Source of the DNA: Octopus vulgaris
Taxonomy: Eukaryota
Direction: 5' to 3'
Assembly (NCBI GenBank): GCA_951406725.2
Contig: OX597816.1
Location: forward strand, 25,730,001 to 25,794,000
DNA: 64,000 bases
The notes below the pieces were generated by a model that did no database searches, was not told the DNA's origin, and saw only the letters and a list, made by a program, of their open reading frames with translations. Within the stretch, counting starts at the first letter, position 1. Each line of letters starts with the position of its first letter. A program made the position numbers and the translations under genes. Positions 39,344 through 54,542 of the stretch are shown here, one piece after another.

Positions 39344-40269
39344 CATACATAGATTTATACATATACATTCTTATATACATACACACACACATATATATAT
39401 AAATGGTATATATAAATATTTTAATCTTCGGATTCTTCTTAATATGCTAGACCACTGGTTTTAATTGACTAATATCAATTTCTACCCTTAATTAATTTTA
39501 ATATATATATGTTCTTAAACCAATAAATTGACTGCTGCTAATTATTAGCTGCTGGCTGGTTTTTCGGGTCTCAGCGCGCCAAAAGTAAAGGCATTTGAAA
39601 GATACATTCGAACTTAATCGGTTGTACTTTATGCATGCGAAACTCCGGTATCGTTTTTTGCATCTAGTCCAGCAATTTATGTTCATAACAGACTGTGAGT
39701 TTCGACTGCTATTTCGGCATGTTGGTGTCTTTTAGACACCCTCATTTTTAATTGTTAAAAATTTTTTTTACCTTTGTAAGGTATTTCTTTCATGCTGGCC
39801 ACTTGATAATTTCGACACTTAAATATCGATATTATCCTCATATATAAATTTATATAATTCGTTATTATATTCACTGCGGTGCTTATTTTAACCATATCGT
39901 ACTTATGCGGTGATTTGGCGGGCGATTCAGACTGGCTGTGTCCATACGTGTATATGTATGTATGTACGACGCTCGTATATGTAAGTATATCGTTTGCTGT
40001 GCATATATATATCTGTATTTATGTACCCTTGATATATTCAATTGATGACGGTAAAGCTTATCTAAAGCAGAACCAGAAATCCTTGGATCTTGAATTATTC
40101 AATAATTTTTGCTTGTATGTTTTGTCCCTCCGCTTTACCTCATGGTGCGATATGAACATTTAACGTGGTTTTATAGTCAGAGTTTCGACTGCTATTTCGG
40201 CATGTTGGTGTCTTTTAGACACCCTCATTTTTAATTGTTATATATATACATACATACATACATACATAC

Positions 40270-40339
<70 letters not shown>

Positions 40340-40356
40340 ATATACATATACATATA

Positions 40357-40388
<32 letters not shown>

Positions 40389-40409
40389 CATACATACATA
40401 CATACATAC

Positions 40410-40461
<52 letters not shown>

Positions 40462-40487
40462 ACAACTCCACATATATCAAGGTTTTG

Positions 40488-40739
40488 AGCCCAACCTGTG
40501 GGTCGAACCCATGACCCCCGAGGATCTCGAGCTCTACCGACTGGGACATTAGTGAGCCTCTACGGCGGCGAATCGGACGACAATCTCCAGCGTGACAAAC
40601 GGAGATACTGGCTGCAGCTGACTTCCCAAGGCAGCAATAGATCTCCCTGACTGGGAGTCGCACCCCCGGTTTCCTGCATGACAGGCAGAGAGACTTACCA
40701 TTATAATACAGATGAACTTTACCACTACACTGCCGTGGA
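40488..40739 (-). pseudogene. Array of degenerate tRNA-like units (Asp fragment, Asp, Asp, Lys-like)
   Basis: 40643-40715 aligns to tRNA-Asp(GTC); 40558-40612 is a second Asp 3' part with TTGTCAC loop; 40488-40557 has CAGTCGGTAGAGC..GGGTTCGA..GTTGGGC like tRNA-Lys. Confidence 0.6.
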
Positions 40740-41171
40740 GCTTCGCACTATATAATTTTCAGTGATACGTAAGAAAGCCTACGTCATTTAACTTTGAATC
40801 CGTTATTCAACAAGGCGACGTGAGAGGTTTTAGATATGTCCCTAGATGAATGGCCACCTGTCTCATGCATCAAAGTATGTGGTTATGTAATTATAGAGGG
40901 AAAAAACCACAGCGGCTGAACATTTTCACATGCTTAACAACAGTAGACAATAAAAATTTATGCCATACTAATGCTACCACATTCACACATACACACGCGC
41001 CCATATATAAATTCACATTTACTCACATTTACACACTCACCACACACAGACTCTGTCTGTCTCCCTGAAATACACTTATATATACCTACACACATATATA
41101 TACATACTTAGATCTATATATATATATATATATAGATTCTTATATACATACACACACACATATATATATAA

Positions 41172-41216
<45 letters not shown>

Positions 41217-41337
41217 CATACATATATATATATATACATATACATATATATATATATATATATACATACACATACATACATATATACATACACATACATA
41301 CATATATACATACATATACATACACATACATACATAT

Positions 41338-41404
<67 letters not shown>

Positions 41405-41764
41405 CCTATATATATCCATACATACATGCATATGCACGCACAAATGTATATACATTCATACGTGCATATGTTTACATATATGTATATTTATGCAGCCACA
41501 CACGCATAAACATGTTTGTGTATATGCGTTTGTGTGTGCGTGAATGTGGATATATATATAGGTGTATGTGTGCGAGTGTGTATGTCTGTGTATAAAATTA
41601 GTACTGAGGAATTATATAATTTCTTTTTTACGTCAGAACAGACGATGAGTAATTTTGGCTGTATGTTTGATTTCAAATTAATTAATCATTATGTTCTTGT
41701 GTCACTATGTGAAAACAACATAAGAAAAAGACATCAGACGTATCAAATTTGTGTTTATGTATAT

Positions 41765-42255
<491 letters not shown>

Positions 42256-42591
42256 TATATCCTACATGTTTCATACTAAATTTCCTGATACAGTTTTTTC
42301 TATGTGGCCTGCTGCGCCCTAGCCGGTCTACAGAAGTTTCTGGAACTGCCCACCTTTTCTCTAAAGCAACCGTAGGTTGCTAGCCAATGAGGAGGCTTCA
42401 ACACAGTTTCTGTGCAGAAATTACGGGTAATTAACATTCACATCGTGCTGTAGCATCTTCAAAAATAAGGAACCACTTTGGGCAATATGATACAACGTCA
42501 TTCATCATTTATTTTAAATCTTTTACTTGCTTCAGTCATTGGACTGTAGCCATACTGGAGCCACTGGCATGGTGGTTTTTAGTTGAACAAA

Positions 42592-42761
42592 TGTTGTGTG
42601 GACGCCCCCAGACGATGAAGTAGGCTAGTCCAATACGTAGATATAGAGGGTGAAGTCTAGACGTCGTCAGAGAATAGAACAGAGTCGAGTAGCAGTCGGA
42701 GGAGTAGAGTAGAGCACAGTCGAGTTGTGTAGTGGCGGTCATCGGAACATGCGACATAACA
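42592..42761. mobile_element. Probable 170-bp solo LTR inserted in a family B SINE
   Basis: Termini TGTTGTGTGG...CGACATAACA (8/10 inverted match); flanks ACAAA/ATAAA; host SINE resumes on both sides. Confidence 0.6.
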
Positions 42762-43347
42762 ATAAATTAATCTCAGAACTGATTTTTAAAAACTGTGTTA
42801 CTTATTCTGTCATTTAATTTTGACGAACCGCTACGTTTCGCGGATGTAAATACATCAACACCGGTTGTCAAACGTTTTTGCGGGAGAAACACAGATAACA
42901 AAGAAACACACACATACATACATATGTTCATACATACATACATACACACATACATACACACATATATACTTACATACATTCATACACACACACACATACA
43001 CGCACACACACATCTATTCTTTTATTCTTTTACTTCTTTCAATATGTGTGTGTGTGTGTCTTTGTGTCTGTGTTGCATCCCACCACCGCTTGACAACCGG
43101 TGCTGGGGTGTTTACGGCCCCGTAAATTAGCGGATCGGCAAAGAAGACCGATAGGATAAGTGCCATGCTTAACAAATGAATAAGTGGTCCCACTTTGGCG
43201 TGTGATCTACAAAGGACATTACAGTAGGGCATACTTAGCATTGTAAATGTATTTTTCGAAATTCTTACTATCTTAATAATAATAATACTATCTTAATAAT
43301 AAAAAAAACATGTTTCATTTATGCTTTAGTAAATAGTAATAAGTTCA

Positions 43348-43678
43348 GACACCCTTCGGTCATGACTGACCGTGGGATTGCACCTAGAAAGTTACCCTCC
43401 TAGGCACACGTCCGGGCAAAGTTCTTTATGGAAGACCAGCAGTCGCGCATGAATACCGGCCTCTCCTCTCCACGCCACCAGTGTTATCCAAGGGAAAGGC
43501 AAAGGAGCTGATACAGCTTGGCACCTGCGACGTCGCAACTAATTTCTACAGCTGAGTGAACTGGAGCAATGTGAAATAAAGTGTCTTGCTCAAGAACACA
43601 ACACGCAGCCTGGTCCGGGATTCGAATTCACAACCTCACGAGCGTAAGCTCGACGCTCTAACCACTGAGCCATGCGAC
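43348..43678 (-). mobile_element. tRNA-derived SINE family E (5' fragment also at ~46000-46150)
   Basis: Minus strand TGGCTCAGTGGTTAGAGCG (A box), TTCGAATCCC (B box), CORE-like TTCTTGAGCAAGACACTTTATTTCAC. Confidence 0.8.
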
Positions 43679-43914
43679 ATGTGCCTTCACAAATAGTAAT
43701 AAGAAACCAAAAATAAACGATATGATAATTAAAATAGGCACATAGATCAGCCACCAAAGTAAATTTGCTCATGTAGATCACGCGGCAAAGTAGCACTAAC
43801 GCATATTAAACTAAGAGGTAACCTACAGTAATCTCCCTTTAAATTGTGGATCACACGCCAAAGTAGCACCGCAAATTTCTTACCACACAGCCCCGCTTGC
43901 GTGGAATTTTCATT

Positions 43915-44270
43915 TGAGTGTGGCCATGCTGGAGCACCGCCTTTAGTCGAGCAAATCGACTGAAGGACTTATTCTTTGTAAGCCTAGTACTTAATCAAAC
44001 TGTTTTTTGCCGAACCACTAAGTTACGGGGACGTAAACACACTAGCATCGGTTGTCAAACGCTGTTGGGGTGACAAACACAGACATACATATATATACAT
44101 ATATGCCACGGGCTTCTTTCAGTTTCCGTCTACCAAATCCACTCATAAGGCTTTAGTCGGCACGAGGCTACAGTAGAAGACACTTGCCCAAGTTGCCACG
44201 CAGTGGGACTGAACCCAGAACCATGTGGTTCGTAAGCAACCTACTTACCACACAGCCACTCCTACGCCTA
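43915..44270 (-). mobile_element. SINE family B
   Basis: Consensus match. Confidence 0.85.
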
Positions 44271-44793
44271 TACACAGAAAGGCCACAATGACCATGTCAA
44301 GAACCTCTGTAATGATAGGTCTGCTCAACTAGGACTAGCTTTAGGTTATTGTTCCATTAAATAGAGCGGAAGTTAGTATGCTTTGTTAGAGATTTCAGTG
44401 CGAAGTTGTGACATGCATGCCTTTCTTAAGGATATCAGCAAATTGAATAAAGTTAAATGGTTTCAACTAGATATTGAAAGAAGGTCGTAGATTTAGCACA
44501 CCTTAATAACAACATTCTCATCAGGCAGAAGACGTGAACATGTGGTAGTTGTATATATATATATATGTGTGTGTGTGTGTGCCAGAGAGAGATAAAGAGA
44601 GAGAGAGAGGGGGCGAGAAAGAATATCTGTGTGTGTGTGTGTGTGAAAGAGAGAGGGGGAGAAAAAGAATATGTGTGAGAGAGAGGGGAGCGAAGGAATG
44701 TGAGAGAGAGATAGAGAGAGAGAGAGAGATGGAGAAAGGTAGAGAGAAAGAGAGAAAGAAATGCAGAGGGAAAGACAGAGAAAGAGAAAGAGG

Positions 44794-44831
<38 letters not shown>

Positions 44832-45226
44832 AGAGCGAAAAAGAGAGATAGAGAGAGAGAGAGAAAGAGGGAGAGAGATTGTGAAAGAAGGTTAATCCGA
44901 GCAGGTTTGGTGTTACTTGTGTTCTGTGAAGGTTAGTCATTCCGTATGAAATAATTTCAACGAAAGTGAAGGATTTCACAAAATGCTGTGCCTAAATATA
45001 AAACCTTGATGAATGAATGAGACGCTGAATCGTACCTTGAGGTCCTGTCGTATCCAATATAATATCTTCACAACAAACTCCTGTCTTTAAACGAGAATAT
45101 CTTGCTGTTGGGTTCTTCACCTCGTTTGCGTATCGTACGATGTTGCCACCGAATTTGCTCATCATCTATTTATACATTTTGTACAATTTCTCCATTATAT
45201 ATATATATATGTATGTATGCTGTATA

Positions 45227-45269
<43 letters not shown>

Positions 45270-45270
45270 G

Positions 45271-45316
<46 letters not shown>

Positions 45317-45524
45317 CGTGTGTGTGTATGCATATATGTATATATACGGCTACATATGCATATGTATATACGTATACATGTAAGTATGTACGTATACATA
45401 GGTATATATGCATATATATATATCATTTATATACATGCATATATATATATATATATATATACATATATATACATATATATGTATCTATCCATCTGTGTAT
45501 CTGTCTATGTATGTATGTATCTAT

Positions 45525-45610
<86 letters not shown>

Positions 45611-46952
45611 GTCTGTTTGTCTGTCTGTCTAACTACACCAACACGCACTTGTATATATATATGTGTGTGTGTGCGTGCGCGTGTGTGTGTGTGTGTGAAT
45701 GTGTGTGTGTGTTTATGTGTGTGTGTGTGTGTTTGTATTTGTTCCTTCCTCCAACCACGTGACAACTGGTGTGACATCCCGGTCACTTAGCGGTTCGGCA
45801 AAACAGAACTATAGAATAATGTACCAGACTTAAATAGAAATGTTTAATGGAGTCAATTTCTTCAGCTAAAGTCTTCAAAGCATGGCCGTAATGCAATAAA
45901 TGGAACAAGCATGATTCAAACACGCACTACATTATCCTTTGCTCCATTGGCTTTCGTTTGCAAACTCCGTCCAGTTATTAGAACACGAATCAGCAACCTA
46001 TCTCTGCTCATTTATACTTGCCTGCCTAGGGTTAACATGAAATCAAGTGTTTTGCTAAAAAAAAAAAAACTCATCGCCTGGCTCTAGAATCGAAAGCACG
46101 ATTTTGCGATTGTAAGTGCAATCCATAACCCACTAGGCTACGCGCCTTCAAAAACGTATATGTGAATGAATAAATACATAAATAAATACTCAGAGTGATA
46201 TGATATTATATAAGATGCCGGTGGACTCTTCAAGCAACCAGCATGATATAATGACGCTCTTCATGGGAATACTTTCTTGAAGTAAAGGAACTGAGCAGTT
46301 GCTCTATTGTTATAGAACGGTATGTAGTCATTTGGAGAGCCACAGGGATAAATAAGAAATACAAGGAAGATGAGGGAAATAAGGATAGCGAGTAAAGAGC
46401 AGGGGAAGAGTGTTCCCTATTCATGCGATAGCTGAAGTACAAGGATACTTGAGGGATATGAACAATATAAATGTAATGAAAGAATAGCAGAAATATTATC
46501 ATCTAAGAAAGGCGGGTAGATATGATGCGGGGGCGAGAGCGGGAGGCGAATATTGTTCTTTTTTTTTTTTTATTGGTAGATGATGGAAAGAAAGGAAGGA
46601 GGAAGGAAGGCGGGAAATATATAGATAGAGGACAGAAACAAAAGGAAGAATAGCAAAAAAGACCGAGGAAAGGAAAGACGGAGAAGAAGAGAGAAAGAAA
46701 GATGGGTAAAGATATGTGAAGAAAAGACTAGAGGAAGGAAGAAGGAAAGAAGCGAAGGAACCACAGACCCAAGGAAAGGAAAAGAGAGAAACAACGAAAG
46801 AAGATGAACAAGAAGCATAATGGTCGTTGAGCATGTATTCTTGGTCACATACAGAGACATACTGTTATAGGCAGACGGAAATTTATATTTCAATATATAC
46901 ATCACATCAGAGTTTCTGTGTCTGTCTGACAGATTATCTGTCTGTCTGTCTA

Positions 46953-46983
<31 letters not shown>

Positions 46984-47059
46984 GTCTGTCTATCTGTCTG
47001 TCTGCTGCCTGTTTGTCTGTCTGACTGCCTGTCTACCTGTCTGTTTGTCTATATGTTTG

Positions 47060-47115
<56 letters not shown>

Positions 47116-47181
47116 CCTATCTATCTATCTATCTATCTATCCGTCTCTCTCTCTCTCTCTGTCTATCTATCTATCTATCTA

Positions 47182-47318
<137 letters not shown>

Positions 47319-47496
47319 CTCTCTCTCTCTCCCTATCTCTCTCTCTCTATATCTATCTATCTATATACCAACATATCTACTCTCATAAATAAATATGTAT
47401 GTGTCTGCGTATATATGAGCTGGAAAATGAATGAATTGCTTGGTGTGTGTCTTGTTGTGACTACCCCTCCTAAAACAATGGGGAACAGACAGGCCT

Positions 47497-47536
<40 letters not shown>

Positions 47537-47843
47537 TCTATGTGTGTATGTATGTGTGTGTGTGTGCGTACGTGTGTGTGTATGTGTGTATCTATATATG
47601 CTTGCGTGTGTCCGCCTGCGTTCAGCATTGGGAGCGAGTGGTAGGGACTGTAAAATAAAAATAAAAATAAAAAACAAGCGAACAAATTAAAGCAATCTGA
47701 ACTCCTTAAGAAGTAATTTTTTTTTGTCTTCTCATTTGAAATCACAAACACTGCAAGCAAGCATCATCGTCGTTTTTGTCCTCGTCGTCATCATCGCTGT
47801 CGTCGTAGTAGTCGTCGTCGTCGTCGTCGTCATCATCATCATC

Positions 47844-47891
<48 letters not shown>

Positions 47892-48441
47892 TTCATCATC
47901 GTCGTCGTCATTACCACAATCAACATCACTATAATCACGACCATCAACATCATCCTTACCATCAGCATCATAATTATCATTATTGTTTCGTCATCACCAC
48001 CATCACCTCCAAGCCATCACCACCATCCTCCTCCTCATTGTCATCAACTACGTCATCATCGTTCTCTTCATCATCAATATTATCTTAATTAGCAGAAGAA
48101 AGAAAAAGAAAACAGAAAAGAAGCCTAACTAAACAGCGAACTAAGAGGGCGCTTGACCTATTACAAATAGCTGCCAAATAGGTATCAAATCACACCGCTA
48201 TGTGAAATAAGGGGACACAGAGTATATACGCAAGTCCTATATGCTTATGACTGGAATGCCTTTGATCTGTATCAGGGATGATCTGAAGTCTGTCATCATC
48301 AAGGAAAGTGCTAAATGCGGACACGGTTAGACGATTTCTGAAAGACCCTTCGCCAAGGAAGAAACGATCCGATTGTGGGACCTCCTAGATTGTGACAGCT
48401 AGAGATTTCAGTAATATTGATTGCAAGTTACGTTGGAAACC

Positions 48442-48865
48442 TGGCGCAGGAGTGGTTGTGTGGTAAGTAGCTTGCTTACCAACCACATGATTCCGGGTTC
48501 AGTCCCACTGCGTGGCGCCAGGGGAAAGTGTCTTCTACTATAGCATCGGGGTGACCAAAGCCTTGTGAGTGGATTTAGTAGTCGGAAACTGAAAGAAGCC
48601 CGTCGTATATATGTATATATGCATAAATATATTTATGTGTCTGAGTGTGTTTAAGTGTTTGTGTTTGCCCCCCTCCCCAAACATCGCTTGACAACCGATG
48701 GCGGTGTTTTTACGTCCCCGAAACTTAGCAGTTCGACAAAAGAGACCGATAGAATAAGTACTAGGCTTACAAAGAATAAGTCCTGGGGTCGATTTGCTCG
48801 ACTAAAGGCGGTGCTCCAGCATGGCCGCAGTCAAATGACTGAAACAAGTAAATAAGTAAAAGAAT
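48442..48865 (+). mobile_element. SINE family B, full length
   Basis: Consensus match. Confidence 0.9.
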
Positions 48866-49044
48866 AAAGAATAAACAAGCAAAGCCATTTTCACTGTCTC
48901 CTCAAGTACCGAAAAACCACCAGAAATCGCATTCTCGTGACCATTCTGGACTGCGGCCATGCTGGGGCACCGCCTTGATTTATCTTTTTTTTTAAAGCCT
49001 AGTACTTTTCTCTCGGTCTCTTTTGTACGTCACAGAATCCAGGA

Positions 49045-50005
49045 AACCGAACTTATGAGCCAACGACTCGTAAAGTAACTTTATATAACTACACACACAC
49101 ACACACACACACAACACACACACACAACACACACACACAACACACACACACAACACACAACACACACACAAACAAACACACACGCAGACACACACACACT
49201 CGCGTATATATATATATGCATATAGATACACTCACATATATATATATGCTTACACACTCATATATACGAGATCGACACAGGTAGAATGCCCTTAAACATT
49301 GGAAGCTTGTCCAGGAACTAAATTCTCGGTAGAATGCTCGTGAACCGAATACTATAACCAATACGTCACGTGTCTTCACGCGCACACACACACACACACA
49401 CACGTATATATATGCATACAGACACACTCACATATATATATGCTTACAGACACACATATATTACAAGATAGAAACAGCTAGAACGCCCTTGAACATTGGA
49501 AGCTTGTCCAGGAATTAAATTCTCGGCATAATGCACGTGAACTGAATACCATAACCAATACGTCACGTGTCTTCACCCCCACACGCACGTACGCACACAG
49601 ACAGACACACAAACATAGAAACATATACGCTCGCGCGCACACACATACACACACATGCAGTGGATAGTCTTTACAGGGGAGCTCCGAAATTATGAGCCAA
49701 CGAGTCGTAAAATAACTTTATATAACCACACACACACATACGTATATATATATATTCAGACAGACACACTCACATATATACGAGATAGACACAGCTAGAA
49801 TGCCCTTGAACATTGGAAGCTTGTCCAGGAACTAAATTCTCGGCATAATGCTCGTGAACCGAATACCATAACCAATACGTCACGTGTCTTCACCCCCCTT
49901 GCACGCACGCACACGGACAGACATACAAACATAGAAACATATACACACACGCACACACACACACACATACGCACGCATACAGTTGATGGTCTTAACAGGG
50001 GAGCT
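49045..50005. repeat. Composite tandem repeat: three ~115-bp cores separated by (CA)n/(TA)n
   Basis: AACATTGGAAGCTTGTCCAGGAA..CCAATACGTCACGTGTCTTCAC at ~49266-49379, ~49463-49575, ~49780-49893. Confidence 0.9.
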
Positions 50006-50640
50006 ATATTCTAAAGTGTAATATTTATATAATTAACACCAACAAAAACCAATAACAACGTAGGCATCGCTAAAAGCACAAAAAAAAGGAGTGATGTAGA
50101 AATTATAGAGGCAGCATATAATTCCAGAGAGCGCCAACCGGTTTTGGGGAGTTTTATGAAAAAACAAAACATGACCTAAATTTGCAATGTTGTAACTGTG
50201 AGCATTACACTTCCAATAGAAGGCGACAGTGATGTGAATTGGAGTGAAGCATCATTGCTCACGACGTGTTGATATAGTACCGTTATTGTCCTTTGTTTAG
50301 ATTTCAGATAACATACGTTGCTGGGAATACTGATTTGGTGTTGTTGAATGCTAGTACTGTTGTTGCGAGTTAACTCCAATGCACCGATGACCGAACCGAC
50401 AACAGACGAAAGTCTTTTTGTTTTGTTTTTCTTTTTCGATGTGTCTATCTTGTTTGTTCCATTTCCAGCCACCCTTTCATCTTGGCAGGTGGTGGCTGTT
50501 TGGTTTATCAGGGATTAATAAAATAAGCACCAGTTCAGGACTGGGGTCGATGTAATCGTCTTAACATCTTCCACGAAATTGCTGGTCAAAATTTGAAACC
50601 AATATGATACATATCCTATTGTAATATTTAAACGCCATTT

Positions 50641-51260
50641 AGGCGGCGAGCTGGTAGAATCGTTAGCACGCCGGGCGAAATGCATAGCCGTATTTCGTCT
50701 GCCGTTACGTTCTGGGTTCAAATTCTGCCGAGGTCGACTTTGCCTTTCATCCTTTCAGGGTCGATAAATTAAGTTACGCACTGGGGTCGATATAATCGAC
50801 TTAATCCCTTTGTCTATCCTTGATTGTCCTCTCTGTGTTTAGCCCCTTGTGGGTAATAAAGAAATAGGTATTTCGTCTATTGCTACGTTCTGAGTTCAAA
50901 TTCCGCCCAGGTCGATTTTGCCTTTTATCCTTTCGGGGTCGATTAATTAAGTACCAGTTACGCATTGGCGTCGATATAATCGACTTAATCCGTTTGTCTG
51001 TCCTTATTTGTCCTCTCTGTGTGTAGCCACTTCTGGGCAATAAAGAAATAAGAATCGTTAGCATGCCGGGGAAAATGCTCGGCGGCGTTTCGTCTATCTT
51101 TACGTTCAGCGTTCGAATACCATCGCGGCCGACTTTAGCTTTTATCCTATAGGAGTCGATAAAATAAGTACCAGTTATGTACTGCGTGGGGGTTGGGGAT
51201 ATAATCAATTTATCCCTTTTCACGAAACTGCTTTCTTTTTGCCAAAATTTGAGGCCAATA
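50641..51260 (+). mobile_element. SINE family A trimer
   Basis: Three cores; junctions at 50867 (GAAATAG|GTATTTCG) and 51050 (GAAATA|AGAATCGTTAGC). Confidence 0.85.
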
Positions 51261-51355
51261 TTTAAGCACAATTTGTTCTTAGTTCTAAAAGATATTGCTT
51301 TAGGCTTCGTTTGTTGCTGCCTTTTACTGGTCTTTTCATGTTCTAGGTTAGTTTG

Positions 51356-51429
<74 letters not shown>

Positions 51430-51651
51430 TCTGCCTGCCTTTCTGTCTGTCTGCCTGTATGTCAGTCTCTGTTTCCTTTCCTTCCTCACTCAATTTATTA
51501 ATAAACGTAAATACAGTTGTATGTTAGTGTGTATCGCTTTGAGTTTTATTTAAGTTCTTAAGAAAGTTTAAGCCGGTCGCTCACAAAGCGACAAGACTTT
51601 TTGAGCTAAGAGAGTTCCGGTGTGTTTGTTGAGCTATCGATGCATATAAGC

Positions 51652-51684
<33 letters not shown>

Positions 51685-52603
51685 TGTATGTATGTATGTA
51701 TGTATGTATGTATGTATGTATGTATGTATGTATGTATGTATGTATGTATGTATGTATGTATGTATGTATGTATGTATGTATGTATGCACTACCCGAGTCA
51801 GGGATTCGAAGTACCCGAGCCAGGGATTCACTACCTGGGCCAGGGATTCGGTGTGTTGGGTGAGCTGTATGTATGTATGTATGTATGTATGTATGTATGT
51901 ATGTATGTATGCACTACCCAGGCCAGGGATTCGGTGTGCTGGGTGAGCTGTATGTATGTATGTATGTATGTATGTATGTATGTATGTATGTATGTATGTA
52001 TGTATGTATGAATGTGTGTGTATGTGTATATGTTTATGTAAGCATGTATTATATATGTATGTACATAGGTGTGTAAGTATGCACGGGCGTATGAATATAT
52101 ATATATATATATATATATGCATGCATTTACGTACGAATACACTTATGTAAATTTGCATAAAGCTGTGCGCGTGCCCGACTCTTGGTCCCCTGTATTGTAA
52201 GGTAGTTGATGGGCGTTTCAGTGAATAGAAATTGAACTTTTTGGGGCAGATGTCGTTGATGTAGCCGTACAAGAAATGACGATCGTAAACCAGGAGCGTA
52301 ATGGCTGAGGTAGGAGTTCAACAGATTGTTTTTATATAAACAGACTGGCATCATTACACGTGTTGGCAAGAAACCAAACAATGTAGTTTTTTTATTTTTA
52401 TTTTAAATAAAAACACACTCACATATAAGTTAGCGCGCGAATACGTGTATATATATATATATATATATATATTCACATACATACGTACACATGAATACAC
52501 ATATACATATATATATATATATATATACATACACACATACGTACACATGAATACATACATGCATACATACATACATACATACATACATACATACATACAT
52601 ACA

Positions 52604-52639
<36 letters not shown>

Positions 52640-52842
52640 TATATATGTGTATGTTTGTGTGCGTATATTTATATATATATATGCATGTATATATGTATAT
52701 CTACGCGCGTGTATACACACACACAAACACACACGCATACCTATGAAGAGAAATAAAGAGATAGAGAAGGGAAATGAGAGATCGGGAGAGAGCAAGAGAA
52801 CGAAAGAAAGAATGGTTGAAAGAAAGACAAAAAGAAAGAAAA

Positions 52843-52875
<33 letters not shown>

Positions 52876-53154
52876 AGGAAAGAAAGAAGAAAGAAAGAAG
52901 GAAAGAAAGAAAGGAAGAAGATGAATTCCGATCACGCCAGACTTTTCCGCTCGTGTGCATTTCCACCGTGTGAACAATATGTTGTATTACTCGTTGGCGT
53001 CAATCATAAAATGATACGAAAAACTGGCGTTGAGGTAAGTGAGGGAAGGCGCTTGAGAAGAGGCAGTTAACGGTTATAATATGATTGGATAACGATTATA
53101 GATATATATATATATATATATATGTAAATTTCTGTCTGTCTGTCTCTCTGTCTG

Positions 53155-53211
<57 letters not shown>

Positions 53212-53306
53212 TTATTTATCTATCTATCTATCTATTTATTTATCTATCTATCTATCTATCTATTTATTTATCTATCTATCTGTCTGTCCATCTATCTGTC
53301 TATCGA

Positions 53307-53382
<76 letters not shown>

Positions 53383-53444
53383 CCTACCTATCTGTCTGTC
53401 TGTCTGTCTGTCTGTCTATATATCTGTCTGTCTATCTGTCTGTT

Positions 53445-53485
<41 letters not shown>

Positions 53486-54407
53486 ACACGTTTTTGTTTT
53501 AGGATTATTACAAACGATGGTTACACAATGGAAGCGAAGCATGCTATGGTAATTGGCGAAAAGGAATTATGCTGTAGAAGATATATTAGATTTCCAAACA
53601 GACTGGATTCTATCTATACTACACAGTAAAAACGTGAACAGGCACCTCCTTTCGACATACATACATAGACGCAACATAGTAAAATCGGTCAGGTTTCTGT
53701 AATTTATCTCTCTGAGAACCGGTTTTCCTTGTCTTTCAAAACCCACAACTGGTTCGTTGATCTACAACTACTACAAGAAAGATATATATCTCATAAGAAC
53801 TGTGACATGAATGGTTTTAATTGGGGGTGGGTTAGAAACAAGAAACTCGGTTAGGGTATGAAGACGTCAAAAGGAAACTGGAAATCGTTGCATTTGTTAT
53901 TGTCATTTAAGCAAGTAGACATAGCATCAAAGACATTCCAAAAGAGACCACCCCTACATTTATCCCACCTCTACCCTGTCATTATGCCACCCCTGTCCTG
54001 ACATTATCTCTACCACAATGCAAGATATTTACTAAATTATTTAATGCATCCTCATTTTTAAATACCACAAGGTATCATCTTGCAAGTATCTAACCCACTT
54101 GCAAGGTACCTGTTTTTGATTTGAAAGAGTTTTTGTTCTAGTTGTTGTTATTATTGTTGTTGTTAGGCTCCAAGTTAGTCATATGATAAAAAGCATTCCT
54201 GCCATGACAGTCCAGTTTCATTTCCGAATTCAGCGCATCTAGAACTAATTAATCTATTGGCCTCCTAGTTCTTGTATATTTTTGTTTTGTCAAGAGCGTA
54301 GAGTGTGATTTGAGAGTCATTTAGCTACTATTTCTAACAGGTGAAGCTGACAAATACAAGAAAGTGGTGAGAGAAAATCTAGATAAACACAAATACACAT
54401 ATATATG

Positions 54408-54439
<32 letters not shown>

Positions 54440-54511
54440 TGTATGTATGTATGTATGTATGTATGTATATACACATACACACATACATACATACATACAT
54501 ACATACATACA

Positions 54512-54542
<31 letters not shown>

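Noticed and set aside
50176-50472. 98-aa non-repetitive minus-strand ORF
   Set aside because: No ATG start, recognisable domain or convincing splice pair; may be chance.
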